DNA of 51,622 bases from Planctomycetaceae bacterium (lineage in GTDB: Bacteria; Planctomycetota; Planctomycetia; Pirellulales; UBA1268), in NCBI GenBank assembly GCA_027486095.1, contig JAIXPT010000338.1, positions 1 through 51,622 of the forward strand, read 5' to 3'. Each line of letters begins with the position of its first letter. The first letter of the stretch is position 1. This document shows, one piece after another, positions 1 to 8,521 of the stretch. The notes under the pieces were generated by a model that saw only the letters and a program-made list of their open reading frames with translations, had not been told where the DNA came from and did no database searches. Both the position numbers and the translations under genes were made by a program.

Positions 1-63
1 AGAGCAAGATTACCGAGGCCGCGTGCATATCGTCACTGTTCTGCCGGAGAAGAGCCGATCCGA

Positions 64-915
64 TCAGGCCGCCGCATACGCGCCCGAGTGCGTCTTCGAA
101 CTCTTCGCCTTGGCGATCAGGTAGATCAACACGCCGAAGCCCGCCTTCGCGGTCATGTCGGCGATGGCATAGCCGATCTGCAGGCCGACCACGCCATTGG
201 CACCCACGATGCCATTGGCCGCGTTCGCCGTGCCGGCCTTCGCCGCCAGCGCTTCCGGGGTGCCGCCGAGTGCATAGGCAATCGGGTACACCGCCCACGT
301 GACGAGGATCACCAGACGGGCGATCTCCAAAAGACGCCGGGCCGCCGGAGGCTGGCTATCGAGCGACTTGGTCAGTTCCGTCCACAGCACGTACAGAATG
401 TAGAAGAACGGCACCGAGGAGAGCGCGCCCCACATCACCCGTTCGTTCCACTTCGCCGGGTCGGCGATCACCTCGCCCGGGTAGCCGAGCGCGATCATCG
501 CGGCAGCCGCGATCACGAGCCGAGTCAGCAGGCTCGTCGCCTTTTCCGTGGGCAGCCGGAGCACCGCCACGAGCTCGACCATCAAAAGCGGCACGGTGAG
601 GATCCAATCGGCGTAGCGGTAGAAGTCGTTGAACGCGGCACCGGTGCCCTTGTAGCCGCCGTCAGCCAGCGTGTAAGCGCCGTGCCAACTGTGCCGGATC
701 ATGAAGTAGTGGTAGCACGCGATCGAGACCACGATGCCCGACACGAGCAGAGCCGGCCGGTATTCCGGATCGACGTGCGCGCGAGACATATAGAGGAAGA
801 GAGCCGCCGCTCCCATCGTTGCGACCGTCATCGAAAAGATGTTATCGACCGCGTTGTATTGGAACACCGACAGATCCGGCATCGCGGATCCGAGCAAAAA
901 GAGACCATCGATCAT
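64..915 (-). CDS. Microbial (type I) rhodopsin, DTE-motif proton-pump type (proteorhodopsin/xanthorhodopsin-like)
   Basis: Seven hydrophobic helices. Helix C reads RYADWILTVPLLMVEL, giving D, T(+4), E(+11). Helix B has a His in CYHYFMIRHSW. Helix G reads IADMTAKAGFG, with a Schiff-base Lys 4 residues after Asp. GYPGE and WAVYPIAY motifs are present. ATG at 915 is preceded by an AGGTGA SD-like sequence. Confidence 0.9.
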   Translation of the reverse strand: MIDGLFLLGSAMPDLSVFQYNAVDNIFSMTVATMGAAALFLYMSRAHVDPEYRPALLVSGIVVSIACYHYFMIRHSWHGAYTLADGGYKGTGAAFNDFYRYADWILTVPLLMVELVAVLRLPTEKATSLLTRLVIAAAAMIALGYPGEVIADPAKWNERVMWGALSSVPFFYILYVLWTELTKSLDSQPPAARRLLEIARLVILVTWAVYPIAYALGGTPEALAAKAGTANAANGIVGANGVVGLQIGYAIADMTAKAGFGVLIYLIAKAKSSKTHSGAYAAA

Positions 916-1128
916 CGCTTCACCTGTTTCAATGTGATGAAAAAAGTTGCCGACGCCTCACAGTTCGGCGGCGGCGTGAAATTAAAGGCGCGACATGCAA
1001 GCCGGCCACGGTGACATTACGATCCCCGCAGACCAGCGCTCCATACCTACACCCTCGACCCGGGCGGGATCATAGTCCGCGGGCGGACACTTCTGCAAGT
1101 CTGCCGGGCATGGGGGTGAGACTGGCTC

Positions 1129-2400
1129 TCAGGGGCGATCCGGCATCGGCATGGCCGGCATGGTGGCGACATCCGCCAGCCGGATCCGCAACACAAGCCA
1201 GGCGGAGAAGCCCGCGAGGCAGGCGAATCCTCCGAAGATGAGGGGCAGCGGCACCTGCTGGTCGCGAAGCCAGCCGAACCCGACGTCGGCCAGGCCACCG
1301 CAGGAGATGCTGGCGAAATTCATGAGGCCGTAGCCGGCCGCCCGCTGATCCGGCCTGACGATCTGCGAGAGGATCGGCATGTTGTTCGTGTCGAAGAGGC
1401 CCCAGCCGACGCCAAACAGCATCAAAAACAGGATCGCAAGCGGCAGCGACTTCGTGCCCACCACGATCCCCACGCCAAGCAGCGCTGGCACGATCGCTGC
1501 CATGCCGAGCGCGCTCACGTAGATCCGCCCGCGGTCGCTAGACCGCATCCAGCGGTCGGCGAGCCAGCCGCCGACGATGGCGCTCGCGATTGCGGCCGAC
1601 TGCCACCAGATCACGGCGCTCACGCCGGCCAGCCCTTGCGTGAGGCCGAGGTCTTTCTGGAGCACGCTCGGCATCCAGTCGCGCACCACCCAGCCGGCGA
1701 TCGCGGGCAGCGTGAAGTAGGCGAGCAAAAGCCGAAACGACGGGTTGCCCAGGAGCGCCCGCCACGAAGCGAGCGGCGACTCGGCGGGCCCGGTAGCACG
1801 CGGCTCATGCTCCGCCGGCTCACGCAAGAGGAAGAGCAGCGGCACCGCATAGGCGATGCCCGCAAGCCCGATCGTGGAAAAGCCCCAGCGCCAGCCGAGC
1901 GCGGGGCTATCGGCCACGAAGCCGCCGAGGCTGCCAAGCATCACGCCGAGATAGATCCCTATCTGATGGATGCCGATCGCCCGCGACCGCGTGGCCGAGG
2001 CGTGGTGATCGGCGATCAAGGCCAGGGCCGTCGGAATGTAAAACGCCTCGGAGAGCCCCATCGCGGCGCGGGTGGCGAGCAGGTGGTCGTAGGTGGTGGC
2101 CTGCCCGGTGGCCCAGGTGACGGCCGACCAGGCAAACAGGCTCGCGCACACGATCAAGGGCTTCGAGAACCGGTCGGCGACGAGGCCCGCAAACGGGCTC
2201 GCGAGCGCGTAGGTCCATTTGAACCAGGCGAGCATGTGCCCCCACTGCTCCTGGCTCTCGATTCCCGACACGTCGCCCATGATCGACCGCTGCATCGTGG
2301 CCACGAGCTGGCGGTCGAGATAATTGAGGAGCGCCACCGGCACGAGAAGGGCGACGGCGAGCCAGGCGGTGCGGTTCATGGCGGGGGAAAGCCTAGGCAT
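1129..2400 (-). CDS. MFS transporter
   Basis: About 12 predicted TM segments with an N-terminal LNYLDRQ motif typical of the major facilitator superfamily. The track ORF starts at GTG 2439. ATG 2400 or ATG 2379 are more likely starts. Confidence 0.8.
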   Translation of the reverse strand: MPRLSPAMNRTAWLAVALLVPVALLNYLDRQLVATMQRSIMGDVSGIESQEQWGHMLAWFKWTYALASPFAGLVADRFSKPLIVCASLFAWSAVTWATGQATTYDHLLATRAAMGLSEAFYIPTALALIADHHASATRSRAIGIHQIGIYLGVMLGSLGGFVADSPALGWRWGFSTIGLAGIAYAVPLLFLLREPAEHEPRATGPAESPLASWRALLGNPSFRLLLAYFTLPAIAGWVVRDWMPSVLQKDLGLTQGLAGVSAVIWWQSAAIASAIVGGWLADRWMRSSDRGRIYVSALGMAAIVPALLGVGIVVGTKSLPLAILFLMLFGVGWGLFDTNNMPILSQIVRPDQRAAGYGLMNFASISCGGLADVGFGWLRDQQVPLPLIFGGFACLAGFSAWLVLRIRLADVATMPAMPMPDRP

Positions 2401-2467
2401 GGGCCAGTCAGGTGTGCCATATTGATTACACCAAGACACAAGTCAGCACACCGACGAGACGATCATC

Positions 2468-4420
2468 ATGTCGCTGCGTTCATGGGCCGGATTCATCGTT
2501 CTCGCATGCCTCGCTCCGAATCGCTTGGTCGCCGCCGAACACGCGGCCACTACGCTCTCCGAAGCCGAGCGGCGGGCCGGCTGGAGGATGCTTTTCGACG
2601 GCCACGACGCCGGCGAGTTTCGGGGCTTCCGGCGGGATTCGCTCGGCGATGGCTGGCAGGTGCGCGACGGAGCCCTGGTCCGGGCCGCTGACGGTGCCGG
2701 CGACATCGTTTCCCGCGATGAGTTTGCCGCGTTCGAAGTTCAACTCGAGTATCGGATCGCTCCGGGCGGCAACAGTGGCGTGATGTTTCACGTTCAGGAA
2801 GACGAGCCCCAGCCCTGGCACACCGGCCCCGAGGTGCAGATTCTCGACAACGCCGGAGCCAAAGAGTCGCAGCGAGCTGGCTGGCTCTACGGGCTGTATG
2901 CGCCGCAGCTGCCCACGTGGGTGCGCGACCTCGACGAGCAGGCGGGCCGCACGTCACCCGAGTTCATCGACGCGACCCGGCCTGCCGGCGAGTGGAACCA
3001 TCTCTATCTCAGAGTGGCCCCCGGCGGCTGCGAGGTGTGCGTCAATGGCGTCGCTTACGAGCGGTTCAAGATCGGCAGCAAAGACTGGAACGACCGGGTG
3101 GCGAAGAGCAAGTTTTCGTCGTTGCCAAACTTCGGCAAAGCCGGCCGGGGGCGCCTGTGCCTGCAGGACCACGGAGCCGAGGTGGCCTTTCGCTCGATCA
3201 AGGTCCGGGAACTTCCGCCGAACGGTCAGAAAATTCCATTCGCCGACGACGTCGCCGCCGTGCAGGCCGTGCCCGCGTTTCCTGATGCGACATGGGAGGG
3301 CTGGTCGCCCGAGTCGGCCGATGGCACGCCCGCGGTACCCCTGCGCCCGCTCGTCGTCGCGCACGCGGGCGATGGCTCGGGCCGCCGGTTCGTGCTCGAC
3401 CAGGCAGGGATGATCCACGTGTTCAAGCCAGGGTCGGTGGCGGGAAAGCTGTTCCTCGACCTGCGGCCCGGCACATCGCCCTGGGGAAAATACAACGAAG
3501 AAGGAATGCTCGGCCTCGCGTTCCATCCGCGGTTCGCCGAAACAGGTGAGTTTTTCGTCACCTACAGCCTGAAGGGCGAAGGGCACGTCGAACACCTTTC
3601 GCGGTTTCGCGTGAGCCAGGCCGACCCCGACCGGGCCGATCCGGCCAGCGAGGAGGTCGTGCTCGCGGTGGATCAGCCCTTCTGGAACCACAACGGCGGC
3701 TCGATCGCGTTTGGCCCCGACGGCTATCTCTACTGGGGACTGGGTGACGGCGGCAGCCGCGACGATCCCTTCGGCAACGGCCAGAAACTCGACACGCTCC
3801 TGGGCAAGATCCTGCGGATCGATGTCGATCATCGTGAGAATGGCCGCGCGTATGCGATCCCCGCCGACAATCCGTTCGTCGATCGCCCCGCTGCCCGCGG
3901 CGAGATCTTTGCGTTTGGCTTCCGCAATCCCTGGCAGATCGCATTTGATCGCATAACGGGCCGGCTCTGGGCCGCCGATGTCGGGCAGGATCTGCTCGAG
4001 GAAGTCGATATCGTGACCAAGGGGGGCAACTACGGCTGGAGCCTCCGCGAGGGGACGCAGATTTTCGGCAACCGGCCTGACGCCGGCGACACACTTATCG
4101 AGCCCGTCTGGGAATACGACCACCAGGTGGGCAAGAGCATCACCGGCGGGTTCGTGTATCGCGGCAAGCAGGTGCCCGCGCTCGAGGGCTCGTATCTCTA
4201 CGCCGATTTCGTGTCGGGGCGGCTGTGGGCGCTCGAGTTCGACGCCGCCACGGGCCAGGCCACGAACCTGGAAATCCCCTGGCCCGGCCTACCGATCTTC
4301 GGGTTCGGCACCGATGCCGATGGCGAAGCCTACGTGCTCACCAGTTCGCCGACCGGCCAGGGCGTGTTTCGCCTGGCACCAGCAGCCGCCGCCAACGCCT
4401 CGAGCGCCGTCGCACGGTAG
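2468..4420 (+). CDS. Secreted fusion protein: DUF1080 (3-keto-disaccharide hydrolase-like) domain + PQQ-dependent sugar (glucose/sorbosone) dehydrogenase beta-propeller
   Basis: Signal peptide. N-terminal GWRMLFDG...WQVRDGAL is the DUF1080 pattern. C-terminal HNGGSIAFGPDGYLYWGLGDGGS, GFRNPWQIAFD and GGNYGWS are motifs of soluble PQQ dehydrogenases. Confidence 0.85.
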   Translation: MSLRSWAGFIVLACLAPNRLVAAEHAATTLSEAERRAGWRMLFDGHDAGEFRGFRRDSLGDGWQVRDGALVRAADGAGDIVSRDEFAAFEVQLEYRIAPGGNSGVMFHVQEDEPQPWHTGPEVQILDNAGAKESQRAGWLYGLYAPQLPTWVRDLDEQAGRTSPEFIDATRPAGEWNHLYLRVAPGGCEVCVNGVAYERFKIGSKDWNDRVAKSKFSSLPNFGKAGRGRLCLQDHGAEVAFRSIKVRELPPNGQKIPFADDVAAVQAVPAFPDATWEGWSPESADGTPAVPLRPLVVAHAGDGSGRRFVLDQAGMIHVFKPGSVAGKLFLDLRPGTSPWGKYNEEGMLGLAFHPRFAETGEFFVTYSLKGEGHVEHLSRFRVSQADPDRADPASEEVVLAVDQPFWNHNGGSIAFGPDGYLYWGLGDGGSRDDPFGNGQKLDTLLGKILRIDVDHRENGRAYAIPADNPFVDRPAARGEIFAFGFRNPWQIAFDRITGRLWAADVGQDLLEEVDIVTKGGNYGWSLREGTQIFGNRPDAGDTLIEPVWEYDHQVGKSITGGFVYRGKQVPALEGSYLYADFVSGRLWALEFDAATGQATNLEIPWPGLPIFGFGTDADGEAYVLTSSPTGQGVFRLAPAAAANASSAVAR

Positions 4421-4884
4421 TCAGTCGCGGAGAGCGAAGGCCCAGTTGCCGCGGCATGAAGCATCCAGGCGGCGAGGACGGCCCGCAGCGTCCAGAGAAT
4501 GGTGCGCAGCCAGTTTGACCGGACGAGCCGTGCCACGGCATCGGGAGCGTGCCCCTCGCGTGCGAGCCGCGCGTGGAGCGGCATCTGCACGAACGCCGTC
4601 GAGAGCCAGAGGATCACCACGGCCACGAGCCCGGCGCCGGCCATCAGCGGAGGAATGTTGAGCGGCGGCGCCCAGGCGAGGGCCGCGGCTGTGGCCCCCT
4701 CGAGAAACATGAACGGGATCACGACGCTGCCCGTGCGGCGCTGATTCTCACCGGCGAAGCCCCGTTCGTCGCCGCCGATGCGGGCGAACAGCGGATAGTG
4801 CACGGCCTGCACAAACCAGATGATCCCGCACATCGCCCCCGAGGCGACCGCCTGGATCAGAAGAAGGGCCGTGGTGAATGTCAT
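4330..4884 (-). CDS. DUF1772-like (anthrone-oxygenase-like) small membrane protein
   Basis: Four hydrophobic segments. FVQAVHYPLF and STAFVQMPLHARL resemble DUF1772. Start re-called to ATG 4884. The non-conserved C-terminal tail overlaps the 3' end of the convergent gene by 91 nt. Confidence 0.55.
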   Translation of the reverse strand: MTFTTALLLIQAVASGAMCGIIWFVQAVHYPLFARIGGDERGFAGENQRRTGSVVIPFMFLEGATAAALAWAPPLNIPPLMAGAGLVAVVILWLSTAFVQMPLHARLAREGHAPDAVARLVRSNWLRTILWTLRAVLAAWMLHAAATGPSLSATDYRATALEALAAAAGARRNTPWPVGELVST

Positions 4885-4934
4885 GATGCCGTCGCCATTC
4901 GTGGGCCTCCAGCCTACGGCCGAAACCTCCCGGG

Positions 4935-6152
4935 TCAACGCGTGCGCTCCATCGTGCGCAACCGGGCGGGCGTCACGCCCGCGTGCCGGCGGACGAACGT
5001 CGTCATGTATTGCAGCGATGGAAATCCCGCCCGCATCGCCACCGCCTTGAGCGGCAGATCGGTCTCCACGATCAGCTTCCGGGTGCCGGCGAGCCGGAGC
5101 CGCACGTGCTCCTGATGAATCGAACGACCGACAGTTGACCGGAAGCGCTGCTCGAGTGTCGAGCGTGACAGGCCGGCGGCCGCCGCCAGCTCGTCGATCC
5201 GCGGCCGCCGCCAGGGATCACTGCGCAGCGCCTGGAGCGCCTGGGCGACGTCGGGGTCGGCCGTGGCCAGCGTGTCGGTGGAGCTGCGCGGCACGACGCC
5301 GATCGGGGGCACGACCACGCGCTGCTCCGGCACCGCGGCCCCGAGCATGAGCCGGTCGAGCAATGCCGCCGCCTCGTAGCCGATGCGCCGGGCCGACTGG
5401 TCGATGCTCGAGAGCGGCGGCTCGGTGAGCTCGCAGATCATCTCGTCGTTATCCACGCCGATCACGGCCACGTCGTAAGGCACCCGCAGGCCGGCTCCCC
5501 GGCAGGCCTCGAGCAGATGCCGCGCCCGCACGTCGTTGCACGCCATCACGCCGATCGGCTTCGGCAGCCCCGCAAGCCACGCCCGAAGTTCGCACTGCAG
5601 CTCCTCCCAGCGGCGGGCCGCTGCAACCCGGCCGGTGAACACATGCCACGATCTGCCCCGCGCCTCGGCGGTGGACGTGAACGCCGCGGCCCGCTCCCCC
5701 GACCAGCCCGCGATCGCTGACTTAGGGAAGCCGCAGAACGCCAAGTGATCAAAGCCACAGCTCAACAAGTGCTCGGCGCCGAGCCGGCCGATCGCCTCGT
5801 TGTCGGTGTACACATAGGGAATGCCAGACGCGGCGTCGTACCATCCGTAGCCGCCCCCGACACCGACCACCGGGATCGACAGGCCCTGGATCGCCCCCGC
5901 CACCCGGCGATCGTCGAAGTTTGCGATCACGCCCTGGCCGTGCCAGCGCTTGAGGTCGGGCAGCTTTTCGAGCGGATCTTCCTCCACATACAGGCTCCAG
6001 CGACCGTGCTCGCGGGCATACCGCGCGACGCCGCCGATGATCAGCCGGTCATACGGACGAGCCGCGTCGAGGATCACGGCCACCAGCGGCGGCTGGCACG
6101 ACTGCCCATCAAGGAAAGCCCGAGGCGTGAGCCGACGGGAAGCATGATCCAT
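4935..6152 (-). CDS. XylR-like transcriptional regulator (periplasmic-binding-protein-like sugar-sensor domain + C-terminal AraC-type HTH)
   Basis: LacI/PBP-like core (VAVILD...YAREHGRWSLYVEE). The C-terminus (LSRSTLEQRFR...AVAMRAGFPSLQYMTTFVRRHAGVTPARLR) is an AraC/XylS HTH. Confidence 0.85.
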   Translation of the reverse strand: MDHASRRLTPRAFLDGQSCQPPLVAVILDAARPYDRLIIGGVARYAREHGRWSLYVEEDPLEKLPDLKRWHGQGVIANFDDRRVAGAIQGLSIPVVGVGGGYGWYDAASGIPYVYTDNEAIGRLGAEHLLSCGFDHLAFCGFPKSAIAGWSGERAAAFTSTAEARGRSWHVFTGRVAAARRWEELQCELRAWLAGLPKPIGVMACNDVRARHLLEACRGAGLRVPYDVAVIGVDNDEMICELTEPPLSSIDQSARRIGYEAAALLDRLMLGAAVPEQRVVVPPIGVVPRSSTDTLATADPDVAQALQALRSDPWRRPRIDELAAAAGLSRSTLEQRFRSTVGRSIHQEHVRLRLAGTRKLIVETDLPLKAVAMRAGFPSLQYMTTFVRRHAGVTPARLRTMERTR

Positions 6153-6184
6153 GGGCAGTCCTCTCGGCTCACGCCTCGGGCTTT
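6115..6184. promoter_or_regulatory. Perfect 21-nt inverted repeat (repeat family B arms) enclosing the SD and start codon of the XylR-like regulator
   Basis: Arms aaagcccgaggcgtgagccga (6115-6135) and tcggctcacgcctcgggcttt (6164-6184). The 28-nt spacer contains GAGGA and ATG (6152-6150, minus strand). Confidence 0.8.
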
Positions 6185-6192
6185 CGGATATT

Positions 6193-7230
6193 TCAACAGC
6201 CGAGCAGGTGTTCCAGCACGAGCCGCTCGAGGGCCTCGTAGTCGCGGGCCGCGATGCATTGATCCGCCGTCTTCACCGGGAAACTGCGCACCCTCTCCAC
6301 GAGCCTGAGGAAGATCGCCTTGCTCGTGGCCAGGTGGGCCGCCGCTTTGTCGGCGGCTTGCGTGCGCTGGGCCTTCACATCGAAGCCCACGAAGGCGCCC
6401 GAGGCCGCATAGTCGGCCGCCTCGAGCACCCGCACCTGATCGAATGCCCCGCGGAGGTTCGCCGCCCCAAACACTTTGTCTTGGTCGAACTTGAGGCCGT
6501 TTTGGTCGTTCAAGTGCACGCTCCAGAGCTTGCCAGCCGCGAGGGCAAAGCCCATCTCGTCGGAGGGGTCAAGGCCCGCCAAGATTGCGTGCGCGCTCTC
6601 GATGAGCACGCCGACGCGGGCCGGGTCGGCCGAGCGGGCGCCGAGCGCGAGCGCATGGCCGATCGTGGGAATGAAGGCATGATCCACGGGCTCGTTTGGC
6701 TTGGGCTCGATCGCGATCCGGATTTTCGGGTGCGCTCCGAGGATGGCGTCGATCGCGGCCAGGAGCTGGCCCGATGCAGCGATCGGGCTCTTGCTCTCGC
6801 GCACCGCCGTGCCCTCGCGGGCCGGCCACATCACGATCAGATCGGTGCCGAGCGCCGCGGCGACGTCCACCGCCCGCTTCGAACGCTCGATCGCCCACGT
6901 CCGCGCGGCCGGATCGTTTGACGTGTAGCCGCCGTCGATGCCGTGGGCGTGCTCCCAAAGGCGCGGGGCAACAAACTCGGCGACGAGCCCCCTGTCGGCA
7001 AGCTTTGCACGCATCGCCTCCGCGGCCTTCACGATCTGCGTTGGTGCGAGGCTTTCGAGGTCGGGCACGGCGTCGTCGTCATGGAGCTGGATCCCCTCGA
7101 AGCCGAGGCTCACGGCCGTGTCGAGGACGGCGTCGAAGGGCACCGCCGGCCGGACGGGCGGGCCGAACGGATCGCCACCCTGCCCGAGGTTCCACGGTCC
7201 GATGGAGAAGCGATACGGCGAGGCTGCCAT
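6193..7230 (-). CDS. Xylose-isomerase-like TIM-barrel sugar isomerase (resembles class I XylA)
   Basis: Motifs FSIGPWNLG..GDPFG, LHDDDAVP, EPKPNEP and HLNDQNGLKFDQD parallel actinobacterial class I xylose isomerase signatures. At 345 aa it is shorter than canonical XylA. Confidence 0.75.
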   Translation of the reverse strand: MAASPYRFSIGPWNLGQGGDPFGPPVRPAVPFDAVLDTAVSLGFEGIQLHDDDAVPDLESLAPTQIVKAAEAMRAKLADRGLVAEFVAPRLWEHAHGIDGGYTSNDPAARTWAIERSKRAVDVAAALGTDLIVMWPAREGTAVRESKSPIAASGQLLAAIDAILGAHPKIRIAIEPKPNEPVDHAFIPTIGHALALGARSADPARVGVLIESAHAILAGLDPSDEMGFALAAGKLWSVHLNDQNGLKFDQDKVFGAANLRGAFDQVRVLEAADYAASGAFVGFDVKAQRTQAADKAAAHLATSKAIFLRLVERVRSFPVKTADQCIAARDYEALERLVLEHLLGC

Positions 7231-7309
7231 GCGTCAGAAGTCCCTGGTGGTGATGAGGCGGCGAGGGGTTCGCCGCGGGCCCCTCACCGTATCCCGTCCT
7301 CCTTACCTT

Positions 7310-7327
7310 ATAACGTAAAAGCGTTAT
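7310..7327. promoter_or_regulatory. AT-rich perfect palindrome ATAACG-N6-CGTTAT in a divergent promoter region (candidate operator)
   Basis: Read directly as ataacg taaaag cgttat. It lies in the 142-nt gap between the divergent genes 6193..7230(-) and 7373..8443(+). This is the lowest-GC patch of that gap. Confidence 0.45.
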
Positions 7328-7372
7328 GCTTTTCACGAGCCACCGCTCAGGGCTTGCCGCCGGATCGCTAGC

Positions 7373-8443
7373 ATGAAGCCCATGAAAGCACCGCAAAAAA
7401 CGCTCGACCTCAAGCTCGCCCGGATCATGGCCGATCCGTCGTGCCCCGACTTCATCCTGGCCGACGCCAAAGACGCCGACATGGCGTTTGGCCTCGCCGC
7501 CCCCGGCCTCGCCCCGGGCGGCACGCCCGGCCGCGGCCCCTTCCGCTCGATCCATGACTATCGCAGCGAGATTCGCGGGCTCGTGCACCAGGGGCTCGTG
7601 GACATCATGCTCATGAGCGCGAGCACGAACGAGATCCTGGCCGTGGATGAAAACATCTTCGCCGCGAGCGCCGTCACGCCCGCCGTGCGGATGAACGACA
7701 CGACCGACATCTGGCTCGCCGCGGGCTCGGGCAGCTACACGAAGCAGCCCGCCCTCCCCTTCTCCACGACCACGATCGCCCAGGCCCGCACAGGCCGCAT
7801 CGACGACGCCCGTGCCGAGCCGGGCCGCGGTGCGAATCTCGGCCTCTTTTCACTCACGCTCAACGACGATGCCACGCTCGACCGCGCGATGCTCGAGGCC
7901 TACAAACACTTTCGCATCGAGGCCGAGCGGGCCGGCTTTCGGCATTTTCTCGAGGTCTTCTTTCCCAATGCGCTCGACCGCGTGCCGGGCAAAAATGTGG
8001 GCGAGAAGCCGCAAGACATCGCCAGGTTTCTCGCGGACCACGTCGTCCGCTGCCTGGCCGGCGTGCCCCGGGCCAGCCGGCCGATCTTCCTCAAGATTCC
8101 CTATCTGGGCCCCGAGGTCACCGAGCAACTCGCCGCCTACGATCGCTCCGTCGTCGTCGGGATCCTCGGCGGCGGTGCCGGGACCACGCACGACGCCTTC
8201 GGCCTCGTGGCCGACGCCAAGCGTCACGGCGCCCGGGTCGCCCTCTTCGGCCGCAAGATCAACGCCGCGGAAAACCAGCGCGCGTTCGTGAAGATCCTGC
8301 GGGCCGTCGCCGACGGCGACCTTGCCGCCGACGAGGGCGTGCACGCTTATCACGGCGAACTTCAGACGCTCGGCATCCGCCCGCACCGCGCCCTCGAGGC
8401 CGATCTCGCTCGCTCCTCTACGGCATCTGCCTACGGCGGATGA
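7373..8443 (+). CDS. Hypothetical protein, possibly an aldolase-type (beta/alpha)8 barrel
   Basis: Clean 356-aa ORF divergent from the isomerase gene. I recognised no definitive motif. The functional guess rests only on sugar-catabolic context and alternating beta/alpha-like composition. Confidence 0.5.
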   Translation: MKPMKAPQKTLDLKLARIMADPSCPDFILADAKDADMAFGLAAPGLAPGGTPGRGPFRSIHDYRSEIRGLVHQGLVDIMLMSASTNEILAVDENIFAASAVTPAVRMNDTTDIWLAAGSGSYTKQPALPFSTTTIAQARTGRIDDARAEPGRGANLGLFSLTLNDDATLDRAMLEAYKHFRIEAERAGFRHFLEVFFPNALDRVPGKNVGEKPQDIARFLADHVVRCLAGVPRASRPIFLKIPYLGPEVTEQLAAYDRSVVVGILGGGAGTTHDAFGLVADAKRHGARVALFGRKINAAENQRAFVKILRAVADGDLAADEGVHAYHGELQTLGIRPHRALEADLARSSTASAYGG

Positions 8444-8521
8444 GGATCATCGCGGCAGATCACAGGCCGTCTCGGGCCTACGATTGATCGGCCTTCAACG
8501 AACACGATCGATCGCGTCCCG

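Noticed and set aside
4330-4420. 91-nt convergent overlap between the PQQ-dehydrogenase fusion gene and the DUF1772-like gene.
   Set aside because: Both overlapping tails lie beyond the conserved domain ends. Read-through to a late stop is common in stop-poor high-GC DNA, so it is probably not functional.
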